DNA from: Bdellovibrionales bacterium
GTDB taxonomy: Bacteria > Bdellovibrionota > Bdellovibrionia > Bdellovibrionales > UBA1609
DNA length: 64,000 nt
Direction: 5' to 3'
Assembly (NCBI GenBank): GCA_020850475.1
Contig: JADZEO010000146.1
Location: 213 to 64,212 of the forward strand
Shown: piece by piece, positions 1-11,215 of the stretch
Numbering within the stretch: position 1 is the first letter of the stretch
How the letters are laid out: each line of letters begins with the position of its first letter
Made by a program: the position numbers and the translations under genes
The notes under the pieces: generated by a model
What the model saw: only the letters and a program-made list of their open reading frames with translations
Told to the model about the DNA's origin: nothing
Databases searched by the model: none

Positions 1-153
1 GGGCTTGAAAGTCCGATAGTTAATCGTTTCAGGTTTTTTCACTTCACCTTTGGACCACTCACGAATCATCTCTGGCGAGGCCAAAGAAATTCGTACGGCA
101 TCAAAAGAAAGAGGATCTTTCGGCTTATCAAAAAAGTTCAATAGATCTTTCAC
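1..153 (-). CDS. rpoC: DNA-directed RNA polymerase subunit beta' (5' end only; gene runs off left edge)
   Basis: Not in the ORF track because it is truncated. The reverse complement of 1-153 starts with GTG and reads [51 protein letters not shown], the conserved beta' N-terminus. A GGAAGGGAG SD lies between the rpoB stop (169-171) and the GTG at 153. The rpoB-rpoC order is canonical. Confidence 0.9.
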   Translation of the reverse strand, partial: MKDLLNFFDKPKDPLSFDAVRISLASPEMIREWSKGEVKKPETINYRTFKP

Positions 154-168
154 AGTAGCTCCCTTCCC

Positions 169-3100
169 TTACTGCTCAACTGCATTGTGTGGCTTCTCAG
201 TCAAAATGTCGGACTCGATGAGCTCAACATTGAGGGCCAAACTCTGCAGCTCTTTCACCAACACATTAAACGACTCCGGCAATCCAGGCTCGAGTACGTT
301 CTCACCCTTCACGATGCTTTCATACATCCGCGTACGACCAGCGACGTCGTCCGACTTGACAGTGAGGAACTCCTGCAAGGAATAGGCGGCACCGTAAGCT
401 TCAATTGCCCAAACCTCCATCTCTCCCAAACGCTGACCTCCGAATTGAGCTTTACCGCCCAACGGCTGCTGCGAAACAAGAGAGTACGGACCAATCGATC
501 TGGCATGAATCTTTTCTTCAACCAGGTGGTGGAGTTTCAACATATACATGATTCCCACCGTCACTGGGGTCTGGAAAGGTATTCCCGTGCGACCGTCGAA
601 CAACACCGTCTGGCCCGTTGAGGGCAAGCTGGCTTTGGCCAACAGATTTTTCACATCGGTTTCCTTAGCACCATCAAACACCGGTGTTGCAACGTGAACA
701 CCATTCGACATGAACTTCATCATTTTCTTGAGTGATGCCTGGTCGGCCGTATCGATTTTCTTGCCGATCTCTGATTGCTCGTAAACGTTCTTGAGGAACG
801 TCCGTGCCTCACCATCGTTATAAGCCTGCAGCATCTCGCCGACTTGTTTGCCCAACGAGTGCGCGGCCCAACCCAAGTGCACCTCGAGAATCTGGCCGAT
901 GTTCATCCGTGAGGGAACGCCCAGAGGATTCAAAACCATGTCAACAGGCGTACCGTCAGCTAAGAACGGCATGTCTTCCTCAGGCAATACCTTAGAAACA
1001 ACACCCTTGTTACCATGGCGACCGGCAAACTTGTCACCGACCTGCAGCTTACGCTTGATCGCGATGTAGACCTTTACCATCTTGATCACGCCTGGGGGCA
1101 ATTCATCACCCTTCTTCAAGCGATCAATTTTTTCGTTAAAGACCATTTTGATTGCTTCAAGTTGGTTACGAGCCGCATCGATAATGCGAGTGCATTGATA
1201 CTCAAGCTCGGTTTCCAGAGGGATATAGGCCAAAAGATCAAAGGGGATCGTTTCCAGATCCTCGTTGGTAATCTCTTGTCCCTTGGACAACAACTTGACG
1301 GAACCGTCTTCGTTCAACAATACGCCGGTGGTCTTTTTACCCACCAAAAGCGACTTCAATTTATCGAGGGCGTTAAGACGAATGACGTTTTGCTCAACAT
1401 CAAAGTCTTTCTCCAACTTGAGTCTCTTTTCCTCAATAATGGATTGAAGACGTTCGTCCCGATCGGCGCCTTCGCGGCTATACACCTGGGCATCGATGAC
1501 CGTTCCATAGACGCCTGAGGGCACTCGGAGCGAGGTGTCTCGGACATCACCCGCTTTTTCACCGAAAATTGCGCGGAGAAGTTTTTCTTCAGGAGAGAGT
1601 TGAGTCTCGCCCTTGGGAGTCACCTTTCCGACCAGGATGTCACCAGGTCCCACATCCGCACCGATGCGGATGATACCACTCGTATCCAGGTCCTTAAGCG
1701 CTTCCTCACCAACGTTGGCAATATCTCGAGTGATCTCTTCTTTGCCTAGTTTGGTGTCTCGAGCTACGCACTCAAACTCTTCGATATGAATCGAGGTGTA
1801 GGTGTCGTCTTTGATTAAACGCTCAGAGATTAAAATAGAGTCCTCGAAGTTGTAACCCATCCAAGGCGTAAACGCGACCAGGATGTTCTGCCCTAAGGCC
1901 AACTCACCCAACTCGGTCGAAGGACCATCAGCGATCACATCACCTCGCTTCACTCGATCTCCGACTGAAACAATCGGCTTCTGATTAAAGCAGGTATTTT
2001 GGTTGGTGCGCTGATACTTGGTCAGATTGTAAATGTCGACGTTGGCACCCAGTTCGCCACCCTTTGCAATACGACGAACCACCACACGTCCTGCATCGAC
2101 GCTCTCAACCACGCCATCATTGGTGCACACCACGCTGGTTCCAGAATCACGCGCCACATAGTGTTCAACTCCTGTGCCGACGAGCGGAGCTCGCGAACGG
2201 AGAAGAGGAACTGCTTGGCGTTGCATGTTCGATCCCATCAATGCCCGGTTCGCATCGTCATGCTCAAGGAAAGGAATCAGAGAGGCCGCAATCGACACCA
2301 GCTGACTGGGTGATACGTCCATCAAGGTTACTTTATCCTTTTCAACGATTTCGTACTCACCGTTGACTCGCACGGTGTGATGCTCAGTGTGACCCTTTTC
2401 GCCACCGGAGAAAGAGGTCGCTTGCGCGACATTGTGACCTTGCTCCTCAAGGGCCGACATATAAGTGATGTCAGCGGAAACCTTACCGTCCTGAACTCGA
2501 CGATAAGGAGTCTCGATGAAGCCATAATTGTTGATTCGGGCATAGGTTGCCAAAGAGGCAATCAAGCCGATGTTCGGTCCCTCTGGCGTTTCAATCGGGC
2601 AAATTCGACCATAGTGAGTCGGATGCACGTCGCGGACTTCGAATCCGGCGCGATCGCGGGTAAGACCCCCTGGTCCAAGCGCCGACAAGCGACGCTTGTG
2701 AGTAATCTCAGACAGAGGATTGGTTTGGTCCATGAACTGGGAAAGCTGACTTGAACCGAAAAATTCTTTAACGACAGCATTCACTGGCTTAGCATTCACC
2801 AAATCGTGCGGCATCATGGATTCAACATCCTGAAGACTCATCCGCTCACGAATAGCTCGCTCCATCCGCACCAAACCGATCCGGTATTGGTTCTCAAGCA
2901 GCTCGCCCACGGAACGAACACGACGGTTGCCCAAATGGTCAATATCGTCAACCCGACCTTGACCGTTTTTCAACTCAATCAAGGTGCCCACGACACTCAT
3001 AATGTCCTTGTTCGTCAACGTCCGATGTTCTACCGGCGTCTCTTCAAACGGGATATTGAAGCGGTGATTGATTTTCAATCGACCCACTTCGCTCAAATCA

Positions 3101-4317
3101 TAGGTTTCGGGATCAAAAAAGAGGCGTTGAAATAGATTTTGTGCGGCCTCTGCCGTTGGCGGCTCTCCCGGACGCAAGCGCTTATAGATCTCCAACAGCG
3201 ACTCTTCCTTAGTGCTCACCTTATCGACGAGCAAAGTGTTGCGAAGGAAGGGGCCGACGGCAATACCATCAAAGAAGATCATCCGGAACTCATTGATTCC
3301 AGCTTCAGCGGAGCGATCCAAAATATCGAGTGTCACTTCGCCATTCGCATCGGCAATGATCTCACCTGTCGACTCGTCGATAATGGGCTTTGCTAAAACC
3401 TTGCCTTGAAGGTCTTCACGAGAAATCTCAACCTCTGTCAGGTTGAGCTGAAGAACTTTTTTAACGGCGTTGCGAGTAATACGCCGACCGGCTTTGACAA
3501 AAACCTCTCCCGTTTTGGGATCGGTAATGTCAGAAAGAGCCCGTTGTCCCGACATTTTCTCAATGTCGAGGCCACGCAGATACTTGCCGTCTTTGGTACG
3601 ACGGACCTGAACCAAGTCGTAGAACTTCTCAAGCAGCTCTTCAGTCGAATAGCCGAGAGCCTTGAGGAGAACCGTCACTGGAAACTTGCGACGACGGTCG
3701 ATACGAACATAAATTAAATCTTTTTGGTCAAACTCAAAATCCAACCAAGAACCGCGATACGGAATAACGCGAGCGGAGTAGATCAGCTTACCGCTTGCAT
3801 TGTTTTTGCCGCCATCATGGTCAAAGAAAACACCCGGAGAGCGATGTAACTGACTGACGACCACCCGCTCGGTACCGTTAATAATAAAGGAACCATTGGC
3901 CGTCATCAGCGGGATCTCTCCCAAATAGACTTCCTGCTCCTTCACATCACGAATGGAGCGGGCCTCGGTTTCTTGATCAACATCAAATACAATCAATCGC
4001 AGCGTCACCTTAATGGGAGCCGCATAAGTCATGCCCCGCTGACGGCATTCATCGACGTCATACTTGGGGGGTTCGAGGGTGTAGGAGACAAACTCCAGGC
4101 TCGCCGTGTTGTTGAAGTCCGAAATCGGAAATACCGATTTGAAGACACCATTTAAACCCTGGGCACCTCGACGGTCCGGGTCCACGTCCTTCTGTAAAAA
4201 CTCTTCATATGATTTTTTCTGCAGTTCAATCAGATTGGGAATATCAATTAGGCCCTGGGTTCTAGCATAACTACGTCTTAGGCGTAAGTTAGATGCTGTG
4301 ACTGGAGTGTTACCCAT
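169..4317 (-). CDS. rpoB: DNA-directed RNA polymerase subunit beta
   Basis: 1382-aa ORF with hallmark beta-subunit motifs ([47 protein letters not shown]). AAGGAG SD lies 5 nt upstream of the ATG. Sits in the rplL-rpoB-rpoC order. Confidence 0.98.
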   Translation of the reverse strand: MGNTPVTASNLRLRRSYARTQGLIDIPNLIELQKKSYEEFLQKDVDPDRRGAQGLNGVFKSVFPISDFNNTASLEFVSYTLEPPKYDVDECRQRGMTYAAPIKVTLRLIVFDVDQETEARSIRDVKEQEVYLGEIPLMTANGSFIINGTERVVVSQLHRSPGVFFDHDGGKNNASGKLIYSARVIPYRGSWLDFEFDQKDLIYVRIDRRRKFPVTVLLKALGYSTEELLEKFYDLVQVRRTKDGKYLRGLDIEKMSGQRALSDITDPKTGEVFVKAGRRITRNAVKKVLQLNLTEVEISREDLQGKVLAKPIIDESTGEIIADANGEVTLDILDRSAEAGINEFRMIFFDGIAVGPFLRNTLLVDKVSTKEESLLEIYKRLRPGEPPTAEAAQNLFQRLFFDPETYDLSEVGRLKINHRFNIPFEETPVEHRTLTNKDIMSVVGTLIELKNGQGRVDDIDHLGNRRVRSVGELLENQYRIGLVRMERAIRERMSLQDVESMMPHDLVNAKPVNAVVKEFFGSSQLSQFMDQTNPLSEITHKRRLSALGPGGLTRDRAGFEVRDVHPTHYGRICPIETPEGPNIGLIASLATYARINNYGFIETPYRRVQDGKVSADITYMSALEEQGHNVAQATSFSGGEKGHTEHHTVRVNGEYEIVEKDKVTLMDVSPSQLVSIAASLIPFLEHDDANRALMGSNMQRQAVPLLRSRAPLVGTGVEHYVARDSGTSVVCTNDGVVESVDAGRVVVRRIAKGGELGANVDIYNLTKYQRTNQNTCFNQKPIVSVGDRVKRGDVIADGPSTELGELALGQNILVAFTPWMGYNFEDSILISERLIKDDTYTSIHIEEFECVARDTKLGKEEITRDIANVGEEALKDLDTSGIIRIGADVGPGDILVGKVTPKGETQLSPEEKLLRAIFGEKAGDVRDTSLRVPSGVYGTVIDAQVYSREGADRDERLQSIIEEKRLKLEKDFDVEQNVIRLNALDKLKSLLVGKKTTGVLLNEDGSVKLLSKGQEITNEDLETIPFDLLAYIPLETELEYQCTRIIDAARNQLEAIKMVFNEKIDRLKKGDELPPGVIKMVKVYIAIKRKLQVGDKFAGRHGNKGVVSKVLPEEDMPFLADGTPVDMVLNPLGVPSRMNIGQILEVHLGWAAHSLGKQVGEMLQAYNDGEARTFLKNVYEQSEIGKKIDTADQASLKKMMKFMSNGVHVATPVFDGAKETDVKNLLAKASLPSTGQTVLFDGRTGIPFQTPVTVGIMYMLKLHHLVEEKIHARSIGPYSLVSQQPLGGKAQFGGQRLGEMEVWAIEAYGAAYSLQEFLTVKSDDVAGRTRMYESIVKGENVLEPGLPESFNVLVKELQSLALNVELIESDILTEKPHNAVEQ

Positions 4318-4375
4318 TCCGTCTCCTTCTTTCCAAAAAAAGTCTCGTCGATCCCTATTCGCTTGGCTTCAAACT

Positions 4376-4398
4376 GGCGGAGCCCATGAGGCTCCGCC
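4376..4398 (-). terminator. rplL-rpoB intergenic hairpin (attenuator/partial terminator candidate)
   Basis: Perfect 9-bp stem GGCGGAGCC/GGCTCCGCC with a 5-nt loop, 28 nt downstream of the rplL stop. The minus-strand RNA continues AGUUUGAAG, a weak U-tract. A partial terminator at this position is well known in other bacteria. Confidence 0.4.
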
Positions 4399-4425
4399 AT
4401 ATGTTAACGATTACAATCTGATCAA

Positions 4426-4803
4426 TTACTTGATCTCAACAGTCGCGCCGGCTTTAGCCAGAACGTCTTTGATCTTGGCAGCATCGTCCTTGCTTGCGCC
4501 CTCTTTGAGAGTCTTCGGTGCACCTTCAACCAAGTCTTTGGCTTCTTTCAAGCCGAGGCCGGTAAGAGCACGAACTTCCTTAATAACGCCAATCTTGTTA
4601 GCACCAGCATCTTTAAGGATAACGGTGAACTCCGTCTTCTCTTCAGCAGGAGCGGCAGCGGCGCCACCACCAGCAACCGCAATAGCGGCAGGAGCAGCAG
4701 CACTTACGCCCCACTTCTCTTCAAGAGTTTTGATCATCTCAGCCAGTTCAATCACCGGCATATTTGACAAAAAATCGATTACTTCTTCTTTATTCAAGGC
4801 CAT
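4426..4803 (-). CDS. rplL: 50S ribosomal protein L7/L12
   Basis: The ORF track begins at TTG 4815, but the ATG at 4803 is preceded by GGAGG (4809-4813) and gives [15 protein letters not shown]. It has an Ala-rich hinge and a typical C-terminal domain ([17 protein letters not shown]...ATVEIK). Confidence 0.95.
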   Translation of the reverse strand: MALNKEEVIDFLSNMPVIELAEMIKTLEEKWGVSAAAPAAIAVAGGGAAAAPAEEKTEFTVILKDAGANKIGVIKEVRALTGLGLKEAKDLVEGAPKTLKEGASKDDAAKIKDVLAKAGATVEIK

Positions 4804-4853
4804 GTTTTCCTCCAAAAAATATCAAAATATCAAAAATGGTTAATGTTAATCTC

Positions 4854-5378
4854 TCACGCTTTCTTGTCTTTATAGGCGCTAAGCACACGGGCAAATCCGC
4901 CAGGAACAGCTTCCAACGTACGAACGAATTTGCTCATCGGAGCAGACAGCAAGCCCAGGAATTGAGCACGCAGCTGATCCTTTGATGGCAACGTCGCCAG
5001 GTATTTGATCCTGGATTCGTCCAACGCGGTTCCGTCCATCACACCTGACTTCAGCTGAAGCTCTTCCACGTCTTTGCAGAAATTAGTCAGCAGCTTTGCT
5101 GGAGCGCTGACATCATCGTATGCAAACACGATGGCATTGGTTCCTACGAACTCGTCCTTTAAAACGGACTCGGTAGTAGGGTGATCCATAAGAGCTCGCC
5201 GGGCTAAGGTGTTGCGAACCACTCTCATCTCAGATTGGAGTGGATGCAGCTGCTTACGTAGACTAGTCACCTTTTCAACGGATAAACCTTTGAAATCGAC
5301 TAAAAAAGCAGCTTTCGCTTTGGCGAACCGTTCAGAAATCTGTTGGATTTCTTGCGCCTTTTCGGCTTTAGTCATCAT
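4854..5378 (-). CDS. rplJ: 50S ribosomal protein L10
   Basis: 174-aa ORF in L10 family context (rplA-rplJ-rplL). GGGAGG SD lies upstream. Confidence 0.95.
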   Translation of the reverse strand: MMTKAEKAQEIQQISERFAKAKAAFLVDFKGLSVEKVTSLRKQLHPLQSEMRVVRNTLARRALMDHPTTESVLKDEFVGTNAIVFAYDDVSAPAKLLTNFCKDVEELQLKSGVMDGTALDESRIKYLATLPSKDQLRAQFLGLLSAPMSKFVRTLEAVPGGFARVLSAYKDKKA

Positions 5379-5542
5379 ACGGTTCTAACCTCCCTTCTTG
5401 TTTAATGCCGCATTCAGAACACGAAGAGAGGGTCCTTTTCTTGGCCTTCACTCGCTTGTCTCGGCAGGATGGGCTTTCACCCGATTAAGCTAACGCTCCT
5501 ACTGTCTCTGACTGCGAACATGCAGTTAATTAATTCTCAAAC
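5379..5542 (-). promoter_or_regulatory. Untranslated rplJ leader (candidate L10 autoregulatory leader)
   Basis: A 164-nt non-coding gap between rplA and rplJ, where L10(L12)4-binding leaders occur in many bacteria. The only support is position and length. I could not verify the structure by eye. Confidence 0.3.
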
Positions 5543-6244
5543 TCAAACAGCGCCTTCGATTTCGGTCATATCCAACCGAACTCCCGGGCTCATCGTGGCT
5601 GACACCGCAATCCCGCGCAGGTAGTTACCTTTGCTTGATGGCGGCTTGGCCTTCACCAAGGCGTTCATGAACGCCAAGTAATTGTCTTTTAGCTTTTCTG
5701 CGCCCATTGACTTGCGCCCGATAGAAGCGTGAACAATACCGGCTTTATCTACGCGGAAAGCCAATTTGCCCTTCTTTTCAGCTTCAACCGCTTGACCGAC
5801 AGCCATGGTCACAGTGCCGACTTTGGGGTTCGGCATTAAGCCGCGTGGTCCTAGAACCTTCGCAACTTTGGATACCGTTGCCATCATGTCGGGGGTGGCT
5901 AAGCACTTGTCGAAATCGAGCCAGCCGCCCTGAATCTTTTCGACCAGGTCGTCGGCGCCGACCAAGTCAGCACCGGCCGCTTTCGCCTCAGCCTCTTTTG
6001 GTCCCTTCGCAAATACAATTACGCGAACCGTTTTTCCCAAACCATGCGGAAGCGAAACCGCTCCACGGACCTGTTGATCCGACTGCTTGGGATCCACACC
6101 TAAGCGAACGGCTACGTCGATGGATTCGTCGAATTTGGCTTTGGCCGAATCAACGACTAACTTCATCGCCTCTCCGCTCATATAGCGAGTGGTGCTTTTA
6201 ATCTTTTCTTTTGAACTTCGATAGTTTTTACCTTTTTTTGCCAT
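5543..6244 (-). CDS. rplA: 50S ribosomal protein L1
   Basis: 233-aa ORF with L1-family sequence and rplK-rplA order. GGGAG SD. Confidence 0.97.
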   Translation of the reverse strand: MAKKGKNYRSSKEKIKSTTRYMSGEAMKLVVDSAKAKFDESIDVAVRLGVDPKQSDQQVRGAVSLPHGLGKTVRVIVFAKGPKEAEAKAAGADLVGADDLVEKIQGGWLDFDKCLATPDMMATVSKVAKVLGPRGLMPNPKVGTVTMAVGQAVEAEKKGKLAFRVDKAGIVHASIGRKSMGAEKLKDNYLAFMNALVKAKPPSSKGNYLRGIAVSATMSPGVRLDMTEIEGAV

Positions 6245-6258
6245 ATACGCACTCCCGC

Positions 6259-6681
6259 CTATTTAACTTCCAAGCCCATGCTTTTTGCCGTGCCAATCAC
6301 CTGAGACATCGCCGACTCAACTGAAGTGCAGTTAAGGTCGGGCAATTTGGTCTGAGCGATTTCTTTGACCGCAGCCATGGTTACTTTTCCGACTTTGTCT
6401 TTATGGGGCATCTTCGATCCACTTTCGATCTTAGCTGCCTTTTTTAGTAGAATAGATACTGGGGGCGTCTTGGTGATGAAGGAAAACGAACGGTCCTGAT
6501 AAACAGTAATGATCACCGGAATGACGGTATCACCCGCCTTCTGTGTGCGAGCATTAAACTGCTTACAGAATTCCATAATGTTAACCCCATGCTGGCCGAG
6601 CGCCGGTCCAACGGGAGGTGCCGGATTGGCCTTCCCTGCCGGTATCTGTAACTTGATTTGTCCTGTTACTTTCTTTGCCAT
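6259..6681 (-). CDS. rplK: 50S ribosomal protein L11
   Basis: 140-aa ORF with the conserved N-terminus [43 protein letters not shown]. Confidence 0.97.
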   Translation of the reverse strand: MAKKVTGQIKLQIPAGKANPAPPVGPALGQHGVNIMEFCKQFNARTQKAGDTVIPVIITVYQDRSFSFITKTPPVSILLKKAAKIESGSKMPHKDKVGKVTMAAVKEIAQTKLPDLNCTSVESAMSQVIGTAKSMGLEVK

Positions 6682-6716
6682 TTCCCACTCCTAGCAAGTG
6701 AGGATTGTTAATAAAA

Positions 6717-7253
6717 TCAGGTCTTCTCAACCTGTACGAAATCGAGCTCAACCGGAGTCGGGCGACCAAAAATGCTGACCAGCACTTTTACCTTTCCCTT
6801 CTCCTCATTAATTTCTTCCACAGTTCCATTAAAATTACTGAAAGGCCCGTCGACGACAGTGACAGGTTCACCTAGCGAAAAGGAAACTTTCGGTTTGGCT
6901 TTTTCCAATCCAGTTTCAATTTGGCGGGTAATCCGCAGAACTTCGTTTTCAGGAACTTCGGGAGGCTTGTTATTCGTGCCGCCGCCGACAAACCCGGTCA
7001 CTTTTGCTGAACCCTTGACCAAATGCCAAGTGTCGTCACCCAAGTTCATATTGACGAAGATGTACCCGGGGAAAAACTTCCGCGAGCGCGTCGCCTTTTT
7101 GCCCTTAACCAGTTCAACAACATTCTCGGACGGAATGAGAATCTCGCCGAAGCGCTCTTGCATTCCGTGATCTTTCGCCCGTTTCTCGATGGAAGCCTTA
7201 GCCGTGGCTTCACACCCAGAATGCGTATTCACAATGTACCACTTCTTGTCCAC
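6717..7253 (-). CDS. nusG: Transcription termination/antitermination factor NusG
   Basis: The track ORF (to 7337) overlaps secE. The GTG at 7253 (alternative 7259) lies just after the secE stop with AGGGA upstream and gives (M)[17 protein letters not shown] motif [21 protein letters not shown]. Confidence 0.9.
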   Translation of the reverse strand: MDKKWYIVNTHSGCEATAKASIEKRAKDHGMQERFGEILIPSENVVELVKGKKATRSRKFFPGYIFVNMNLGDDTWHLVKGSAKVTGFVGGGTNNKPPEVPENEVLRITRQIETGLEKAKPKVSFSLGEPVTVVDGPFSNFNGTVEEINEEKGKVKVLVSIFGRPTPVELDFVQVEKT

Positions 7254-7266
7254 AATCACTTCCCTG

Positions 7267-7644
7267 TCAGTTAATGACCATTTTGATGACGTTTCGTGCA
7301 ACAAAATCGAATATGCCAAGAAAGACACCTGAAACAATCAACATCACACAAACAACCATTGTCATTGCCGAGGTATCTCGGCGCGTGGGCCAAACGACCT
7401 TGCGCACTTCAACCATGACTTCGTCCGCCCATAATAAAACCTTGGAGTTAAATTGAAGTAAGGCGAAGGTCACAACACCCACGGCGATCGGCAAGCCGTG
7501 AGCAACAAGGTCCATGGAACGAACCCGAGCAACAGGGCCGAAGGTAGCTGCAAGCGAGTCCAGCAACACATTCACGACAATGGCTGCAACAGCACCCATC
7601 GCCAGGAAGGATATTGTGATGAACTTACGGTTGTCGTTTTCCAT
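7267..7644 (-). CDS. secE: Preprotein translocase subunit SecE (3-TM form)
   Basis: 125 aa with three hydrophobic segments and the conserved [12 protein letters not shown] motif. secE-nusG order. Confidence 0.9.
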   Translation of the reverse strand: MENDNRKFITISFLAMGAVAAIVVNVLLDSLAATFGPVARVRSMDLVAHGLPIAVGVVTFALLQFNSKVLLWADEVMVEVRKVVWPTRRDTSAMTMVVCVMLIVSGVFLGIFDFVARNVIKMVIN

Positions 7645-7670
7645 TTACTACCACCATTTCCATCTACATT

Positions 7671-7747
7671 TGGCAGGGTAGGTAGGATTCGAACCTACAA
7701 CCTACGGATTTGGAGTCCGTTGCTCTACCAATTAGAGCTACTACCCT
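7671..7747 (-). tRNA. tRNA-Trp (anticodon CCA)
   Basis: Hand-folded cloverleaf: acceptor AGGGTAG/CTACCCT, anticodon arm ACGGA-CTCCAAA-TCCGT, T-arm GTAGG-TTCGAAT-CCTAC, encoded CCA. 77 nt. Confidence 0.93.
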
Positions 7748-7809
7748 CCGAAACACATAAAGGGACCCACTTGGGGGCCCCTCTACGTCTGCCTATCAAG
7801 TACCTAAAA

Positions 7810-9003
7810 TTACTCAATAACCTCAGTCACAACACCAGCACCAACGGTGCGGCCGCCCTCGCGAATAGCGAAGCGCAACTCTTTTTCCATCGCAATCGGT
7901 GCAATCAATTCAACCGACATCTCAACACGGTCACCCGGCATCACCATCTCAGTTCCCGCCTTCAAAGTCGTAACACCAGTTACGTCAGTAGTACGGAAAT
8001 AGAATTGTGGACGATAGCCGTTGAAGAATGGAGTATGACGTCCACCCTCTTCCTTGGTCAGAATGTACGCTTCACACTTGAATTTTTTGTGTGGAGTGAT
8101 TGAACCAGGGATGGCCAAAACTTGTCCGCGCTCAACTTCTTCTTTTTTGGTACCACGAAGCAAGCAGCCCGCGTTGTCACCAGCGCGACCCTCATCAAGA
8201 AGTTTACGGAACATCTCAATACCAGTGATGGTCGATTTTTGAGTCGGGCGCAAGCCGATGATCTCAACGTCATCACCAATCTTGATGATTCCGCGCTCAA
8301 TACGACCTGTTACAACCGTACCACGACCAGAGATTGAGAATACGTCCTCGATGGGCATCAAAAAGGGCTTGTCCGTCAAACGCTGAGGTTGCGGAACATA
8401 ACGGTCCACTTCTTCCATCAATTTAACAATAGAGGCAGCACCAATATCGGACTTATCACCCTCAAGTGCTTTCAAGGCAGAACCTTTAACGATCGGAATC
8501 TCGTCGCCAGGGAATTCATACTTCGAAAGAAGCTCGCGGATTTCAAGTTCAACGAGCTCGAGGAGTTCAGCGTCGTCAACCATGTCCACTTTGTTCATAA
8601 ACACCACGATAGCCGGAACACCGACCTGACGAGCGAGCAGGATGTGCTCACGAGTCTGAGGCATCGGACCGTCAGCGGCTGAAACAACTAGAATTGCGCC
8701 GTCCATTTGTGCCGCACCAGTGATCATGTTCTTCACATAGTCAGCGTGACCGGGACAGTCGACGTGGGCATAGTGGCGACTCTTCGTCTCATACTCAACG
8801 TGTGAGGTCGAAATCGTGATACCACGCTCACGCTCTTCAGGAGCTTTATCGATTTGATCAAAAGCAACTGCCGCTCCAACACCATAAGTGTCGTGCATAA
8901 CCTTGGTGATAGCTGCTGTCAGTGTTGTTTTTCCGTGGTCAACGTGACCAATGGTTCCGATGTTGACGTGCGGTTTGGATCGGTCAAATTTTTCTTTTGA
9001 CAT
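7810..9003 (-). CDS. tuf: Translation elongation factor Tu
   Basis: 397 aa with GTPase motifs [21 protein letters not shown]. Sits downstream of the Thr/Tyr/Gly/Thr tRNA operon, as in the E. coli tufB locus. Confidence 0.99.
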   Translation of the reverse strand: MSKEKFDRSKPHVNIGTIGHVDHGKTTLTAAITKVMHDTYGVGAAVAFDQIDKAPEERERGITISTSHVEYETKSRHYAHVDCPGHADYVKNMITGAAQMDGAILVVSAADGPMPQTREHILLARQVGVPAIVVFMNKVDMVDDAELLELVELEIRELLSKYEFPGDEIPIVKGSALKALEGDKSDIGAASIVKLMEEVDRYVPQPQRLTDKPFLMPIEDVFSISGRGTVVTGRIERGIIKIGDDVEIIGLRPTQKSTITGIEMFRKLLDEGRAGDNAGCLLRGTKKEEVERGQVLAIPGSITPHKKFKCEAYILTKEEGGRHTPFFNGYRPQFYFRTTDVTGVTTLKAGTEMVMPGDRVEMSVELIAPIAMEKELRFAIREGGRTVGAGVVTEVIE

Positions 9004-9132
9004 TGTAGACTCTCCTCCTAGTTCCTGAATTTTTCCCTGAAAAATTCTGGTTTAAATCCGATTTTTAATTTCTCTTAAAACTCTCTTTTTTTCTTTTCAA
9101 TTCCACATTCACTTTCCACACTCGTTAAAGAG

Positions 9133-9207
9133 TGGAGCCCATGGTGAGACTCGAACTCACGACCTCACCCTTACCAAGGGTGTGCTCTACCCCTGAGCCA
9201 CATGGGC
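9133..9207 (-). tRNA. tRNA-Thr (anticodon GGU)
   Basis: Acceptor GCCCATG/CATGGGC, anticodon arm CACCC-TTGGTAA-GGGTG, T-arm GTGAG-TTCGAGT-CTCAC, encoded CCA. Confidence 0.93.
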
Positions 9208-9226
9208 GGAGAAGCTTGGAGCGGGA

Positions 9227-9303
9227 GACGGGTCTCGAACCCGCAACCCTCAGCTTGGACGGCGGAGCCTCTCGCCAATTGAGCTACTCCCGCTCTTCAC
9301 TTG
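9227..9303 (-). tRNA. tRNA-Gly (anticodon UCC), with a non-canonical anticodon arm
   Basis: Acceptor GCGGGAG/CTCCCGC, T-arm GCGGG-TTCGAGA-CCCGT, encoded CCA. The best anticodon arm is TCCGC-CGTCCAA-GCTGA, which has a C:U mismatch and G rather than U at position 33. Its position matches glyT in thrU-tyrU-glyT-thrT-tufB. Confidence 0.75.
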
Positions 9304-9343
9304 AGTTCCGCTCACACGGTTCTCAAATGCTGTTGGTGGAGAG

Positions 9344-9429
9344 GGTAGGATTCGAACCTACGTAGACGTAAGCCAACGGATTTACAGTCCGTCCCCTTTA
9401 GCCACTCGGGCACCTCTCCGCCAAAATCC
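9344..9429 (-). tRNA. tRNA-Tyr (anticodon GUA), long variable arm
   Basis: Acceptor GGAGAGG/CCTCTCC, anticodon arm ACGGA-CTGTAAA-TCCGT, T-loop TTCGAAT, encoded CCA. 86 nt (type II). Confidence 0.93.
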
Positions 9430-9500
9430 TTCAGTCAACCCAAAAAAATCCTCGAGTTTTTTGCGTTCGCCGAAACATTCCAGCTTCCAAAGCCCAGCTT

Positions 9501-9576
9501 TGGAGCTGGGTATGGGACTCGAACCCGCAACCTGCTGATTACAAATCAGCTGCTCTACCAATTGAGCTAACCCAGC
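9501..9576 (-). tRNA. tRNA-Thr (anticodon UGU)
   Basis: Acceptor GCTGGGT/ACCCAGC, anticodon arm GCTGA-TTTGTAA-TCAGC, T-loop TTCGAGT (one C:A mismatch in the T-stem), encoded CCA. Confidence 0.88.
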
Positions 9577-9588
9577 CTATTCGCGGCA

Positions 9589-9617
9589 CAAATATCCATT
9601 TAGCATCGATATTGCAA
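9589..9617 (-). promoter_or_regulatory. Candidate sigma-70 promoter of the tRNA-tuf operon
   Basis: On the minus strand: TTGCAA (9617-9612), a 17-nt spacer, TATTTG (9594-9589), then a GC-rich discriminator (GCCGCG) about 12 nt before the first tRNA. Confidence 0.4.
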
Positions 9618-9696
9618 GGCTAAGGAGTTTTGTGACACGTAACCGCCATTTTTACTTGATGCTTTGGACGCCAGTCAAAGGATATTTCTTGATAAT

Positions 9697-10500
9697 TCAA
9701 GGGGTTTTGTGCTGTCTCCGGAACTCTCCAAGAGCGAGTGCGGCAGCCACACTCGCGTTGTAACTGGCCCCCGTTTCACACTGGAAAATTCGCACAAATT
9801 GGTCACACTGACCCCGAACGGAACTGCGAATCCCTCGTCCCTCGGAGCCGACGACCAGGGCAATTTTTGGTGGAAAATCGGTTTCCCAGAGGTCAGTGGA
9901 CCCTTCTTCTTCGAGACCAAAAACCCAAAATCCCTTTTCCTTTAAGATACTTAACGAACGCGGAAGATTGCTCTGGGGGTCGACAGGGATGTGCTCGGCT
10001 CCACCCGACGCAATCTTCGCTACGGTGGGAGTCACATCAGCGGTCCGAATTTGAGGGGTCAGGATCCCATCAGCACCCATGAGCCAGGCACTGCGCATGA
10101 CAGCTCCCAGATTATGAGGGTCTTCGATCTCATCGAGCACTAATAATATAGATGTGTCTCGTTCGCCTAATCCTTCCCAATCAAGTTGGGGAGATTCAAG
10201 AACCTGGCAGGCGACCCCCTGGTGTCCCCCGCCCAATTTGTCAAAGAAACCAGCCGGATGTTTATCGATGGAGACTCCACTGGACCTGGCCATCGAATCC
10301 AACTGGGCAACTGCGGGGTCCTTAGGGGCGTCAGACTTTAAAAAGAGTTTGGCGATTGCGCCCGGACGGACTTTGAGCGCCTCCATCACCGAATGCCACC
10401 CAATGACCCACCGACCTCCGGGAGGCAAAGCACTCGCCTTGGCACCACGTGAGGGACGGGCGGTGTTTTTGTGATGGGGAGACTTAGACCCGCGCTTCAT
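9697..10500 (-). CDS. rlmB: TrmH/SpoU-family RNA 2'-O-methyltransferase (RlmB-like)
   Basis: 267 aa with SpoU-fold motifs (LVLDEIEDPHNLGAVMRSA, ALVVGSEGRGI) and a basic N-terminal extension. Confidence 0.85.
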   Translation of the reverse strand: MKRGSKSPHHKNTARPSRGAKASALPPGGRWVIGWHSVMEALKVRPGAIAKLFLKSDAPKDPAVAQLDSMARSSGVSIDKHPAGFFDKLGGGHQGVACQVLESPQLDWEGLGERDTSILLVLDEIEDPHNLGAVMRSAWLMGADGILTPQIRTADVTPTVAKIASGGAEHIPVDPQSNLPRSLSILKEKGFWVFGLEEEGSTDLWETDFPPKIALVVGSEGRGIRSSVRGQCDQFVRIFQCETGASYNASVAAALALGEFRRQHKTP

Positions 10501-11215
10501 CGAAAAACTTCTCGGCGGCCGCGGCGGGATTGGGGGCGTCCACTATCGGGCGTCCGACGACGAGGGCGGTGGCCCCAGCGGCCAGCGCCTCGCGGGGTCC
10601 CAGCGTGCGTTTTTGATCGGCCTCTTCGCCTTCGGCCAAGCGAATGCCGGGAGTGACCACGAAAGCCCCAGGAAAGCGAGCTTTGATTTTTTTAACTTCG
10701 TGAGGGGAACAAACCAGTCCAGATAATCCGCAGTCAGTGGCGAGTCCGGCGAGAAGATCAACTTGGTCGGCGATGGGTTTGGCGTTGGCCGTTGGCGGAA
10801 GGCCCGCCTGGTCAAAACTGGTTAGCACCGTCACACACAATAAGCGAAAGGGGCGTTGACGATTGAGTTCACGCTCAACAGCGGCCAAGCGCGTGAGGGC
10901 CTCTCGCCCGGATTGAGAGTGAACCGTCGCAAAGGTCGCACCCGCCTCAAAGGTCGCTCGAATCGCATATTCCATGGTGTTCGGAATATCGAAGTACTTG
11001 TTGTCGACGAACACATGACCCAACGAGGCCAGTTCGGTCACGAGTGGGGCCCCATATTTAATGCACAACCGTGGCCCCACCTTGTATCCGCCGACAAAGG
11101 GCTCCACTTGGCGGGCGATATCCAGAGCTCGATCTCGGTCATCGACGTCAAGAGCCACAAATATCGGCGACTTGATTCCCTTAAACACACTCACCGTCCG
11201 TTTTCTTTGAGCCAA
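10484..11215 (-). CDS. pyrF: Orotidine 5'-phosphate decarboxylase
   Basis: 243 aa with IFVALDV, the DxKxxD-type motif VDNKYFDIPNT and C-terminal LVVGRPI. The 3' end overlaps the rlmB start by 17 nt. Confidence 0.93.
   Translation of the reverse strand: MAQRKRTVSVFKGIKSPIFVALDVDDRDRALDIARQVEPFVGGYKVGPRLCIKYGAPLVTELASLGHVFVDNKYFDIPNTMEYAIRATFEAGATFATVHSQSGREALTRLAAVERELNRQRPFRLLCVTVLTSFDQAGLPPTANAKPIADQVDLLAGLATDCGLSGLVCSPHEVKKIKARFPGAFVVTPGIRLAEGEEADQKRTLGPREALAAGATALVVGRPIVDAPNPAAAAEKFFDEARV

Noticed and set aside
6717-7337. Extended N-termini suggested by the ORF track (nusG to 7337, ugd from 40082, ribE to 21787, rplL to 4815, protease from 49751, 36306 ORF)
   Set aside because: The extensions overlap upstream genes or lack an SD. 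Internal starts restore canonical N-termini (KKWYIV, MDIAVVGTGYVG, MFSGIVE, MALNKEE) or signal peptides, and they have good SD spacing.
9132-9365. 77-aa plus-strand ORF across the tRNA cluster
   Set aside because: It is entirely composed of the antisense of three tRNA genes, so it is an artefact.
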